Origin: Raja brachyura
Lineage: Eukaryota
NCBI GenBank assembly: GCA_963514005.1
Contig: OY740791.1
Location: 39,866,001 to 39,930,000 of the forward strand
Direction of reading: 5' to 3'
DNA length: 64,000 nucleotides
Shown here one piece after another: positions 49,541 through 61,792 of this stretch (the first letter of the stretch is position 1; every line of letters begins with the position of its first letter). The notes under the pieces were generated by a model. That model saw only the letters and a program-made list of their open reading frames with translations. It did no database searches and had not been told where the DNA came from. A program made the position numbers and the translations under genes.

Positions 49541-51379
49541 CTAGACTAAGTGGGACCCATTGGGTCCCATGTTCACACGGGGGAGAGCTGGTGACCTTAC
49601 GCAATATTCCACCTCTCCATCAATTCCACTATTGGTAGCCAGTTGGGGGGGGGGGGGCGCTTTCTGGAGTGCCAGTATGGGAATTATCGGCTGAAGGGAC
49701 TGGTTTCCAGAGGGCTAATATGGATATTGTGGGCCAAATGAATTCTTGGGGTGGCAGCTCAGTCAATCAAGCCTGATGTGCTGGCAGCTCACTCACGGCT
49801 GGGATGGCTGGCAGTTGACTCACGGCTATTCCTTGAAATTCCATTTCAAACAGGGTGCAAGGCCACCAAATTCAAGCACAGTTTCATGCCACTTCATGCA
49901 AGATGTAATGTCACCAAATATAAGTGCAGTTTCATGCCACTTCAAGCAGGGTGCAAGGCCACCAAATTCAAGTGCAGTTTCGTACCACTTCAAGCAGGGT
50001 GCAGGGCCACCAAATTCAAGTGCAGTTTCATGCCACTTCAAGAAGGGTTCAAGGCCACTAAATTCAAGTGCAGTTTCATACCATTTCATGCAGGATGCAA
50101 CCACCATAAAACCACCATAAAACCACACAAAAGACCACATAAACACCACACTCACAGTTCAGTAGACATTCAGTGTGTTCAGAACATTCACAGCTCAGAC
50201 AAAGTCGTGACCTCTCCCTCCTTCACCCTGCAGAGACTGAGCCACACCCACACTTCCGGGTTTTATAATCCCCCTCCCACCAGAAGGGGCATGGACTTCA
50301 TGGCATGACTGACAGGACAGAGATTCTCAATATTTTTAAAACTCCAATAACACTTTTATTTTTCATTGATGGGAAGAATCATCTGCACCTGATGAACGGA
50401 GGGGGACTGAGTAAGTTGGCCAAAAATCACAGCCGTAAGTGGTAGCGTTTTATCTAAAATCAATATACAAACAGGAAGTTGTCAAGTTTAGACTTTTAAT
50501 CATGCTTTATTTCAAACCAACTACCACCAACAACTATTTGCAGTGTTTTATTTCAATCCCACCACTACCAACAACGATTTGCAGTGCTTTATTTCAAACC
50601 AACCATCACCAACACCCATTTGCTGTGCTTTATTTCAAAACAACCACCACCAACAACCATTTGTTGTGCTTTATTTCAAACCAACCACCACCAACAACCA
50701 TTTGCAGTGCTTTTTTTTCAAACCAACCACCACCAACAACCGTCTGCAGTGCTTTATTTCAAACAACCACCACCAACAACCATTTGCAGTGCTTTATTTC
50801 AAACCAACCACCACCAACGACCATTTGTAGTGCTTTATTTCAAACCAACCACCACCAACGGCCGTTTGCAGTGCTTTATTTCAAACCAACCACCACCAAC
50901 AACCATTTGCAGTGCTTCATTTCAAACCAACCGCCACCAACAATCATTTCCGGTGCTTTATTTCAAACCAACCACATTTTCATTTTCAAACCACATTAAG
51001 GGCACTCAAGGTCAGTAAAACCACACTCACAGTTTAGTAGACATGTGTTCAGTGTTATTCACAGCTCAGACTGAGAGACGTGACCATCTCCCCCCCCCCC
51101 CCCCCCCCCCATCTTGCAGAGACTGACTGAGGCACTCAACATTTCTGGGTTTATTGTCCCTCCGGAAGGGGCATGGCCTTCAGGAGAGAGAATCTCCACA
51201 TTTATTAAACACCAATAACTCTTTTATTTTGCATCAATGGGAAAAATCCTCTTGGCCTGCGCAGCGGAGGGGGACTCTGAGTAAGATGGCCAAAAATCAC
51301 AGCCATAAGTGGCAGCGTTTTTTCCAAAATCAATATACAGAACAGGAAGTGGTCAAAATCCGACTTTTAGTAATATAGA
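49541..51379 (-). mobile_element. Non-autonomous Helitron H2 with internal 48-bp and 41-bp tandem repeats
   Basis: CTAG at 49541; hairpin tgggacccattgggtccca at 49551-49569; 5' TC at 51379; arrays at about 49845-50100 and 50505-50975; diverged internal duplication about 50140-50500 versus 51020-51370. Confidence 0.85.
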
Positions 51380-51558
51380 TAACTAATACTAAAAATCTAT
51401 ATATATATATAATGATATTATATATACAATTTTAGTTTTAATGCAATATTTGAGTGTATATATATATATTTATATTTCACTAAACAATATATTATATATA
51501 TTAGATATTAGATGATCATATCATTATATTATATAGATTATATATTTCATATGATATA

Positions 51559-51590
<32 letters not shown>

Positions 51591-52264
51591 TGCACTCAAA
51601 AATACATACAAACTAAAACATACATAAATTAGAAATACATAAATTAGATCAGCTCATAACCATAAACCTGTAAGCATTAACCTATGGAGATTTATAGTAA
51701 GCATCTTACAATGTTGCACAAACAATATTTGTTTATCATGAGGGCTTTCATGACAAGGATGAATATAACTATGTAAATAATTAAATACCGTATAGTAAAC
51801 AATAAAAGGAATGGGAGATAATTAATATGGAGCAGCTGTTGAGTGGAAAAGTTAGAGGGTTTGTGAGGAAAAAATACTACATTAAAGCTAGGATTAAAAC
51901 TTGAACTTATTTAGGCATATAAAGTATATAAGGCTCACTATATAGCTGTGGTGAATGTCTCAGATACACATCCTGATCTGCTCGTGGGGTTGTCAATAAA
52001 GTGTGTCTGTCCAGTTACTTTATCTATGACACATTATATAAGTAAGTATTGAATTAAGAGAAAAAACAGTCCATTGGATTTTACTCCATGAACTGCAAGG
52101 TAACCTGGGAAGTACAGCTTTGTTAATATCTGCTCAGAGAAATGTGACCCCTAAAATACATTATCATGATAATTTTATAGCTTCCCCAAATAATAATCTT
52201 CATACAATATATGGAACGATTCATCATGCAATTATTTGGATGCTTGAAATGGTTGCAGACATAC

Positions 52265-52621
52265 CTGTAAATATAACAGTGATGTTTGTTTTATTTGCTT
52301 TATTGATGTTAACAATCTCTGCAACTGAAAGCAGTTCACAACCATATGTTCCAGATTCATTCTTCTTCAGTTGCTGAATTGACATTGTCGCTATGTTCGT
52401 GTCAAGGTCCCATAACAATTGGATTTGGTCATTAGCAGATATGTTGCTGGTCTTTAAACGGATTTCTCCAACCTTGGTTGGATTCCCCAATGTATACTTG
52501 TACCACACCAGGCCCATGTCATCAGTGAAATGTCCTTTTGATAGCTCACAGTAGATGGTAGCTGATTCCCCATAGTTCTTCATGATGGTTGGTGGGTACT
52601 GCGACAGTGCAAGAGAGTCAC
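52265..52621 (-). CDS. Isolated IgV exon, PD-1 (PDCD1)/CD28-family-like
   Basis: GESATIYC...LVWYKYTLGNPTKVGEI...MSIQQLKKNESGTYGCELLSVAEIVNINKANKTNITV parallels remembered human PD-1 (GDNATFTC...LNWYRMSPSNQTDKLAAF...ARRNDSGTYLCGAISLAPKAQIKES). Acceptor tttttattggtag|GT, donor ACA G|gtatgt; 357 bp, phase 1 to 1. The IgV call is firm; the PD-1 assignment is by eye. Confidence 0.7.
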
Positions 52622-53419
52622 CTACCAATAAAAACAACAGATAGTGGGATGAGGAAGATTATTGTCTTTTTACGGTTCATAAATGTGGTCAGTCAGCAGT
52701 CAAGCCAAATGAATTAATTTCATGCCATTCAACCTTAAAGAATAAATTAATTATCGAAATGAACCAAAATTGTATGGGTGGTTACCAGTAACCATTCTCC
52801 ACTCTCTAACTCATAAAGCAGGATAGTTCACGACTTCTGACTTCAATCGATTAAATTGATCTCTGCTGTAGTGTCCTTTTTCTAGAAATCGAATACAATG
52901 AAAGCGCTCAAGAAGATGGATATTGCTAGATAATCATATACTTATTCAAATTCTGATCTTGTTAGTGTGTTTAGATGGTTGTCTTTACATCTTTGCGGTA
53001 ATGATTACATTTTTACATATTCCGGTTGACATTTTTCTTGTCGAGGCCGGGATCACCTAATCTGAACATTTCATGCTTTATTTCTCCACATTACTGATTA
53101 AAGTTTTAAAACATCAAAAGACTTTGAAATTAAAAGCACCAGGTTCAAATGATGACGTCACAATGGCTCAGCTAGCAGAGACCACCCTGAATGAAATTTC
53201 ATCCAATATTTAACACGTTATTCGCGATTATATAGCTTTAAAAATGCCAACTTTCACAAGATCTTTACATATTCTGATTCACCTTTTTCCCCTCGTGGCC
53301 AAGATCACTTTCACTGCACATTTTATGCTGTATACCTGTATTAAATGCACGTGCGTTATTCCAAAAATGAATAAATCAAACATGCGTAACCTGTGAAGTG
53401 CATCCACTGGACATCTATG

Positions 53420-53719
53420 CCAAAAGTAAAAAGTTCTGAAAATACAGTTCACAGTTTCGCCAGCGAAATAAGAAAAATGGCGGCGTTTTTGGAGGAGACT
53501 GGGCGGCAGCAGCCGTTATGGTGGCTGGCCAGCAGGAGGCCACAAAATAAATGAGTGTCGGGGGGGGGGGGGGGGGGGGAGGATTTTATTTTAAAATGTG
53601 TACATAAAAATGTCTAAATGTAATGAGGAGTGCATTAGTGAATGTAAAAGTATAATGTCTAGCGAAATGGAAACATTTTGGTGGACCATGAAATCAAAGG
53701 GCAAAAATCTGACACACAT

Positions 53720-53754
<35 letters not shown>

Positions 53755-53766
53755 TTTAAAAGTATA
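53420..53766 (-). mobile_element. 5' fragment of a Helitron of the H1/H3 family
   Basis: Shares aaaatgtctaaatgtaatgaggag, agcgaaatgga, atcaaagg and (ca)n-attttaaa with about 54650-54835. Confidence 0.7.
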
Positions 53767-54840
53767 CTAGACCAAGTCTGTTCCCCCAATGCGCGTATGC
53801 GGGGTTGGGGGCATGCGGCGTGACACACACTAACCACCTACACACTAACTACCCCCTTGATATTATATTAATATTATTAATTAGATCCTTTTATTCCATA
53901 ACCGCCCTAGTCACTGACGCATAGCCCCCAACTCGCAGGAGTGTCTAGAGAGGGAGAGGGGGGTAGAGAGTGAGGGCAGAGAGAGAATGGGAAGAGACAG
54001 TGAGAGAGGCAAAGACAGGTAGGGGGAGGTGGGGGTGAAGGGAGGGTGTGGAGGGGATGGGGCAGGGGAGAGAGGGTGAGAGGGGTAGGGGGAGAGAGGG
54101 GGAAGAGTGGGAGGGAGGGAGGGGGAAAGGGGTGGGGCCAGTCCATCTATTCCCCACTCACTTTCACCCCCACTCCTCTCCCTCTATTCCCACACTCTCC
54201 CTGCTCACCTCCCCCATTCGCCCCTCTCCCTCCCTACTCCCTCCTCTCCCCCAATCCCCCGACTTCCCCTCTTCACCTCCCCAGGATCAAGCCTTACCCC
54301 GCCCGCCCGTCACCTTATTTCATCTCCCGATCTGCAGAGCATGCCGGCGTGAGAGCGGAACTGACGCTTTATCTCTCCTCCCAATCGGCAGAGCATTTTG
54401 TGAACGGGGGGGGGGGGGGGGGGGTTTGAGCGGGCGCGCGCGTGGGCGATTCCAGCCAAAGGAATCTTTGATTCCAGCTGCGGGAGGCGCGAGTGCAGTT
54501 GGAGGGGTAAGGGAGGGGAGGAGCCGGGCTGGCAGACAAATGAAGAGAGAGAAGCGGCTTGGGATTGGTCGGCATGTGTGATTGGGACGTAAGCAACTCG
54601 TGAGGTGCCGTTTCGATTTTAAATTGAGTGAGTGTGTGATTTTATGTACATAAAATATGTACATAAAAATGTCTAAATGTAATGAGGAGTAAATCCATGC
54701 ACGTAGAAGCGAAATCGCTAGCGAAATGGAAAAAATAACGGCGTTTTCGCGGACCATGGAATCAAAGGCCAAAGATCTTATCTGAAAAAAAATGGAATGT
54801 GACATACACCCACACACACAGAATTTTAAACGTATATAGA
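53767..54840 (-). mobile_element. Non-autonomous Helitron H3, providing the 5' end of the composite; 3' hairpin deleted
   Basis: ctagaccaagtctgttcccc versus H1 ctagaccaagtgcagacccgttgggtctgttcccc; 5' TC at 54840 flanked by A on the minus strand. Confidence 0.82.
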
Positions 54841-55080
54841 TGGGATCCACAGAGACTCGGTAGATTGGATTCAAAATTGGCTTATCCATAGAAGACAGAA
54901 TGTAGTGGTGGAGGAGTGTTATTCTGACTGGAGGTGTGTGACCAGCAGTGTTCCAGAGGGGTCGGTGCTGTGAGCTCTGTTAATTGTGATATATATAAAA
55001 TATATATATGATTTGGATTTGGATGAAAACGTAGGTAGGCTGGCAAACAACATAACAATTGGTGGAGTTACAGAAAGTAT
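54841..55080 (+). mobile_element. Right half of the split CR1 fragment
   Basis: (Y)GIHRDSVDWIQNWLIHRRQNVVVEECYSDWRCVTSSVPEGSVL. Confidence 0.88.
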
Positions 55081-55147
55081 ACAAAGGCAAACCTATACTT
55101 GCTCCACTTGTCTGTGTTTGGCCCACATTATTCTGAACCATTTTTAT

Positions 55148-55745
55148 AAAGTCAAGTCAAACAAACTTTATTGTCATTTAGAAATACATTGATATATGCA
55201 GTTCCAAACGAAATTACGTTGCATTTGGCTCCCTGTGCAACACAATAAATTAACCGAAGGATAGGCATGGATGAAAAGGATAAATAGACAATGGTGGCAG
55301 CCCATTACATGGCATTCAGGAGTCTGATGGCTCGTGGGAAGAAGCTGTTGCGGAACCTTGATGTTCTGCTCCTTATGCTGCGGTATCTTTTTCCCGAGGA
55401 CAGCAGAGTGAACAGTCCGTGATGGAGATGTGTGGGGTCCTTTATAATACTGCTGGCCTTAGACACACAGCGTTTGGTCGCAATATCCCCGATTGAGGGG
55501 AGAGAGGTCCCGATGATTTTTTCCGCTGTCCTCACCACTCTCTGCACAGACTTCCAGTCGGAGGCTCTACAGTCCCCAAACCAGACAGAGATACAGCTGG
55601 TCAGAATACTCTCTATGGTGCCCCTGTAGAAAGTAGTGAGGATGGGATGGGGGAGATGAGCTCTTCTCATCCGGCGCAGAAAGTGCAACCGCTGCTGCGC
55701 TCTCTTAACAGTTGATGAGATGTTATTCGACCAGGTCAGACTGTT
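55148..55745 (-). mobile_element. Rex1/Babar-type LINE 3' end
   Basis: ORF 55305-55688: FLRRMRR...FYRGTIESILTSCISVWFG...NSFFPRAIRLLN; (aagtc)n tail. Confidence 0.85.
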
Positions 55746-55764
55746 AGTGATCTGTTAGTGATCT

Positions 55765-56800
55765 AAAATGGTACAGCACAGGAACAGGCCCTTTGGCCCA
55801 AATGATTGTGCCAAACATGATGCCCAGTTAAACTGATCTCATCTGCCTGTACATGATCCATATCCCTCAATTCCCTGCACTTCCATATGCCTATCTAAAA
55901 GCCTCTCATATGCCATTATCATATCTGCCTCCACCACCTGCCCTGGCAATGCTTTTCAGGTCCCAACCACTCTCTGTTTAAAAAACCTTGCCCTGTACTT
56001 CTCCATTAAACTTTACACCTCTCATCTTATAGCTATGTCTTCTAGTCTTGGACATTTCCACCCTGGGAAAAAAAATTCTGACTGTCTACCCTAGCTATGT
56101 TTTTCATAATTTTATATAATTCAAACAAGTCTCCCCTCAACCTTTGACATTCCAGAGAAAACAATCCAAGCCTATCCAACCATTCCCTGCATCTGAAACC
56201 CTCTAATCCAGGCAGCATTCTGGTAAACCTACTCCACACCCTCTCCAAAGCCTTGACATCTTCCAATAATGCATGATCAGAACTGCCACATTACTCCATA
56301 TGTGGCCTAACCAAGATCCTACAGAGCTACATCATGACCACCTGACTCTTATATTCAATGCCCCTAACAATGAAGGGAAGCATACCATACACCTTCTTCA
56401 CCACCCTATCTACGTGTGCTGCTATCTTCAGTGAGCTATGAACTTGGACTCCAAGATCCCTCTGCACATCAATGCTGTTAAGGATCTTGCCTTTAACTGT
56501 AGTCTCTCCTGACATTCAACCTCCCAAAGTGCAACACTTCGCACACGCTCAGGTTTAAATCCATCAGCCATTTCTGCAACTAATCTATATCCCACTGTAT
56601 CTTCTCACAGCATTCCTCACTGTTTGCAACTCCTCCAATTTTGCTGTCATCAGCAAACTTACATCTAGGTCATTGATATATATCACAAACTGCAGAGGTC
56701 CCAGCTGAGATCTCTATACAAGACCACTGGTGTCAGACCTCCAGCCAAAATATCTACCTTCCGCCACAATAATTTTCTATGAATAAGCTAGTTCTGAATG
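55765..56800 (-). mobile_element. Old CR1 fragment shared with duplicate copy A
   Basis: QRDLGVQVHSSLK and FTRMLPGL motifs; homologous to 28700-28850 plus 29948-30400. Confidence 0.8.
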
Positions 56801-57026
56801 CAAATCTATGTATCTGTCCAAATGTCTTTGACATTTGTTCCTGTACGGTACCTACCTCAACTACTTCTTGCAGCAGCTCGTGCAATTTCTCTGAGGTGAA
56901 TATGAAACATCCCAAGGTATTATTTCAAAGAACAAGAAATAACCTCAGTTCTTGTCCAATAATTAGTCCGTAATTAAAATCAATTAAAAAATCGACATCA
57001 CAATCTCATCATCGCCACATTCTTGC

Positions 57027-58975
57027 CCGTTGAACAGTGTTTCCACTTTGAAGGAAATTACCCGAAATTCGGGAAATTCTGGTTGTCTTTTAGGGAAATT
57101 GAATAGTTTAGGCAAATTTCCGCATCCGGCCCACAAAGGGGTGTAAAGGTAATATACACAACACTGCCGGTTTGGCGCTCAAAAGTTTAAACAGAGCGCT
57201 GTCAGTTTAATGCGCGGGAATATAAACAAAGAGCTGTCGACTGCAGCACTGTGGGTTCCAAATATAGAGCTACCTCCTGCAGCGCTTTGAGCTTTAAACA
57301 TAGCGCTATGGCCACAGCACTATGGGTCACAGACTGTTCTGGAAAATGCTCGTATAACAATGAGTCTTTGGAATTCTCTTTCTCAGTGGAAGTTGAGCCT
57401 ATGATTATTTTTAAGGCAGCGGTAATATTCTGGATAAGCCGAGTGGTTAAAGGTTCCCAGTGGATGGTGGGATTACAGTTACATTGGGATTGGCCTTGAT
57501 TTTACAGAATGATGGGTGGGCTCTAGGGGCTGAGAGGGAGAGAGGGAGGGGTGGAGAGAGGGAGAGAGGGAGGGGTGGAGAGAGGGAGAGAGGGAGAGAG
57601 GGGGGGGTGGAGGGGTGGAGAGAGGGAGGGGTGGAGAGAGGGAGAGAGGGAGGGAGGGGAGGGAGAGTGGGAGAGAGGGAGGGAGAGAGTGAGAAGGAGG
57701 GAGGGAGAGAGGAAGGAGGGAGGGAGAGAGAGGGGGAGAGGGAGGGGGAGCGAGAGGGAGGGAGAGAGGGAGGGGAGGAATAAGAGAGGGAGAGAGAGAA
57801 AAAAGGAAGGGCGAGAGAGAAGGGGAGGAAAGAGAGGGAGGAAGGGAGGGAGAAAGAAAGGGAGGGAGAGAGGGAGAGGGAAGAAGGGAGGGAAGGAGAG
57901 AGAGAGCAGGTTGAAAAAATGAAGACAGCGAAAGCTATTGGAGACAACGAGAGCTGCCTTGTACAAGTGAGCAACAGAAGAAGGCAGTTACAGTGTAGTT
58001 ACTTGTTTGATTTGCCTTGTTCTTCTTTGTGTTGTTAACGTTTCCCTGTGAAAAAAACCCAACAAATAGCGTGCAGGAAGCATTTTTGAAAATTTCAAAC
58101 TCCCTCTCCTCCTCTTCATGTGTGGGGGCGGGAGGGACGGTTGTGGGGGCGGCGGGGATTGTGAGGACAGGGGAGTTGAAGGGGTGGGGGGGGTGGTTGT
58201 GGGGGTTGTGGGGGACGGGGGGGACAGGGGGATTGTGGCGGTGGAGAGGGTTGTGGAGGCAGGTGGGGGTTGTGGGGGCGGGGAGGGTTATGGGGGCGGG
58301 GAGGGTTATGGGGGCGGGGGGGGGTAGTTAGGGCGGTGGGGTTGGGGGCCAGCGAGGGCGACCAGCGGGGTAGTGGCTGGAATTGGTGGTGCGATGAGCT
58401 CACATCGGGCGCTGGTCGCTGGTTGTTCTCCTCTACCGTGATGAGAGTCACCGCTTTCCATTTGGCGACATCGGCGACACCTCCAACTCCGGGCTGGGCT
58501 GGACTGGGTCTCCGACTCTGGGCTGGGCTGGGCCGGGTCTCCGACACTGCTGCTTGGGGCTGGGCTGCTGCTTGGAGCGAGGCTGCTGCTTGGGGCGGGG
58601 GGGGGGGGCTGCTTCGGGTCCCTTTGAAAGTCCGGTTGGAAACCTCCACCAGCCACTCTCAGCTCCAGTAAAGACGCGATGGCGCAGGAAGGGGTGGACT
58701 GTCCGGGGGAGTGACAGCAGAAGAGACTAATCCGCGCGGCGCCGACTGGCAGTGGAAGGGATCGATCTGCGCACGTGTGGTTTTTAAGATTTTTAAACCT
58801 CGCTAACCTTTACAACATTCAACTGACCGGAACGATCGGCGCACTAATAGGAAACGGTGATGGAACTGGCAAAAAATCATAGTGCTATCGCAAACCGTTT
58901 TTGAGCAAAGAGAAAGACCGCCAAACCGGAAGATAACAAGATCAGAGTTTTAGTTATGTATAGATAGATAGATAT
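57027..58975 (-). mobile_element. Helitron-like insertion with purine-rich and G-rich low-complexity tracts
   Basis: Ends ...gagttttagttatgtatagatagata like the other Helitron 5' ends; replaces about 30630-31215 of copy A; no CTAG or hairpin end seen. Confidence 0.5.
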
Positions 58976-59269
58976 AGATAATAATCCATTGGATTGTAGT
59001 TACTGATGTGCACTCGTTATAAAAGTCAAAACAGGGTAGGAGTAAGCATTTTATTTTGGATTGGAAGCCTGTTGGTGGTTTGTGCAATGGGTCTGCCAGG
59101 ACAGTGCAGCTGGTTGATCTCGGGGAAGCACTGGAAGTGGAACTGTGTGTGATGACGGGACTAGAAGCTGTCCAAGAGTAAGAGGATGTAGGCGAGGCAC
59201 TAAATGCTAACTTTGCATCTGTATTCATCAAGTAGAAGGACATGGAGGATATTGGTCTATGACTTATGA

Positions 59270-59500
59270 AAACGGAAACACGAGGGGAAACCGAGGCAAT
59301 GAACTCCACGCAGGCGGCACTGGTCAGGATCGAACCTGAATCACTGCAGCTGTGAGGAAACTGCGAACAGCAACATTTTGTTACGACGCCAAGATTGATA
59401 CAGAAATATGTAACATTGAGCTGTCCACAGTCCAAATTCACTTTCACATCTTGAGACAGTCTAAAGGTCTCCACATGGTAACAAAACTAGCCAAGTCTTT
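59270..59500 (-). pseudogene. Second copy of the decayed TIM IgV remnant
   Basis: G*FCYHVETFRLSQDVKVNLD; paralogous to 31500-31732. Confidence 0.85.
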
Positions 59501-59563
59501 GGCTATTTTTAAAGTGGAGATTAACAAGCAATAACATATTATTGTTTCTAGATTAATTGTTAA

Positions 59564-60245
59564 CTCTAATAAGTGAGTTCGGTATTCCAAATGCACATGC
59601 CCAGGTCAGAGATCACAAGCGAAAAACATTCTTGGCGGCCATGCCACGGCATGGACACAGGCCTGCGCCTCTTCTGCAGCCAGGATCGAACCCGGTCTCC
59701 GGCGCCGCAATCGCTGCCGAACCGCCACTGGATCATCCCCGTCCCCTTCGAGTGCCCCTGTCTGGGGGCGGCCAGAGACGTCGGGATGCTGACGGGAGTG
59801 GCGCCCCCAGCTCTCCACAGCCAGCGTGGAGAAGCAGCGCTAAATCCAGCTCAACTCTGCCTGTCTCGCCAGCTAAACCTACCAGCCCTGCCTGGAATTA
59901 GGGGAATGACAGCCCAGGCTTACAGCCAGCGCAGAGAAGCAGCGCTAACTCCACGGCTACGAGCTGGTGTCTCGTAACGCCAGGCAGGGCTGTAGGTTAA
60001 CCCGGCGAGACAGAGTTGAGCTGGAATTAGTGCTGCTTGTCCGCGTTAGCTATGGGCCTGGGGGCGCTGTTCCCATCTGACTCCGGTGTCAGAGACCCGG
60101 ATTTGGTCCTGGCTGCAGATGAGGCGCTGGTCTGTGTCCATGCCGTCGCACGGCTGCTGAAAGTTTTAAAATCGCTTGTGACCTTTGACAAATCCCATGA
60201 TTCCCTGCGTTTTTCAGAATACCAAACTCACTTATTAGTAAGGTG
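59564..60245. mobile_element. Foldback MITE between TTAA sites (piggyBac-like)
   Basis: ctaataagtgagttcggtattc at left versus gaataccaaactcacttattag at right; arms inverted over most of their length. Confidence 0.65.
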
Positions 60246-61792
60246 TTAAAGGTTATGGGGAGATGACAGGCTTCACCAAGTCTGCTCCTATTTCTCTTAC
60301 ACTTCATTCTCTGACCTCACCCCTGACTCTCGGGCTAAAGAAAGGTCTCGACCTGAAATGTCACCCATTCCTTCTATCCAGAGATGCTGCCTGTCCCGCT
60401 GAGTTATTCTAGCATTTTGTGTCTATCTTTGGTGTAAACCATCATCTCCAGTTCCTTCCTACACTGCTCCTGTCTCTTGTAGTTTAAAGACATGGCTATA
60501 AACGCCAGAATGGGAAACACCCAATGTTTCTGTATTATATACCTGATGTAAAATACTAAACGTTCTTCCTCACAATATCTCTGGCAATGGACTCGTTGTC
60601 CATATTACATTCTACCGGCCTGCTATCTTCACCTGCACTTTATTCATAGTGCTGGATATTCAACGGACTTTTTAATTGATTGATTGAAAGTTACAGCATG
60701 GAATCAGGCCCTTCGTCCCACAGAGTCCACGCCGACTATCTATCACTAATTCATATCAAATCTACGATATCCCATTTTCTCATCCACACCCTGCACAATT
60801 TGGGGCATTTTTACAGCGGCGAATTCACCCTTTGCTTAACAATGTTAATTAGAGTTAACAATGAATCTAGAAACAATAACATGGTGTTCCATATTTCCCT
60901 AAGGGGCAGAAGAGGGACATTCAGCCCAACAAGACCGAGTCACCTGGTCAAGCGTTCCCAGCGATGCACCCCCTACTTATAGGGAGGTTGCACGGCAGTC
61001 GGGTCACGACCCTTGACCCGTACTGTTGCTACGCTATGCAAACTGGAGTACACGCGGTGAACTGCAGGTAAGCACTGACCATTGTTTCCAGCGTAGCGGG
61101 CCCGTTAAAACCCGCCGAAATTGGCAATTTTTGCGCTGTAAATAACTATGGGAATCGGGATAAGCGTGAGAGACATTTAGCCTACTTCAGAATTCCAAAA
61201 GTGAGGAGAATTGACGGTAAATAGAAGCGAGAGTTGAAGGGGCAACAACAACCAGAGTGCTCGGCGAACATTGGCTGTTTGCTCACTGCATTTCATCAAC
61301 TAAGGCATTATTTGTGTTTTGTCCTGATTCCTTTGGCATCTAAAAAGTTTCAGAAGTTATAAATCTGGCTGTAACATTTAAAATCGCCCATGGTTCTCGT
61401 GGGTTTTTACATACAAAAAGAAAACGCCTATGAAGCAAAATTTACAGCCAGATTTATCACTTCTGAGACTTTTTAGATACCAAAGGAATCAAGAAAAAAC
61501 ACAAATAATGCCTTACTGTTGATGAAATGCAGTGAGCAAACGCGATAATTCACAATATTTTCAATTCCGATATCTGCACGGCCAATGTTTGCCAAGCACT
61601 GTAGCCGTTGTTGTCCCTTCAGCTCTCACTTCTCTTTACCTTCACTTCGCTTCACTTTTGGAATTCTGAAGTCGGGTACATGTGTCTCACGCTTACCCCG
61701 ACTTCCACAATTTTTTACCGCGCAAAAATTCAACATTTTGGCGGTTTTTAACAGGTCAGAAAGTACGCGTTTCTTGAATTAATAACATATGC

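Noticed and set aside
49746-51018. Repetitive ORFs in H2
   Set aside because: Products of the 48-bp and 41-bp tandem arrays.
53907-54889. ORFs within H3
   Set aside because: Purine/pyrimidine tracts of a non-autonomous element; no Rep or helicase motifs were seen.
57447-58671. Pro-rich, Gly-rich and Glu/Arg-rich ORFs
   Set aside because: Low-complexity tracts within a repeat insertion, open in several frames on both strands.
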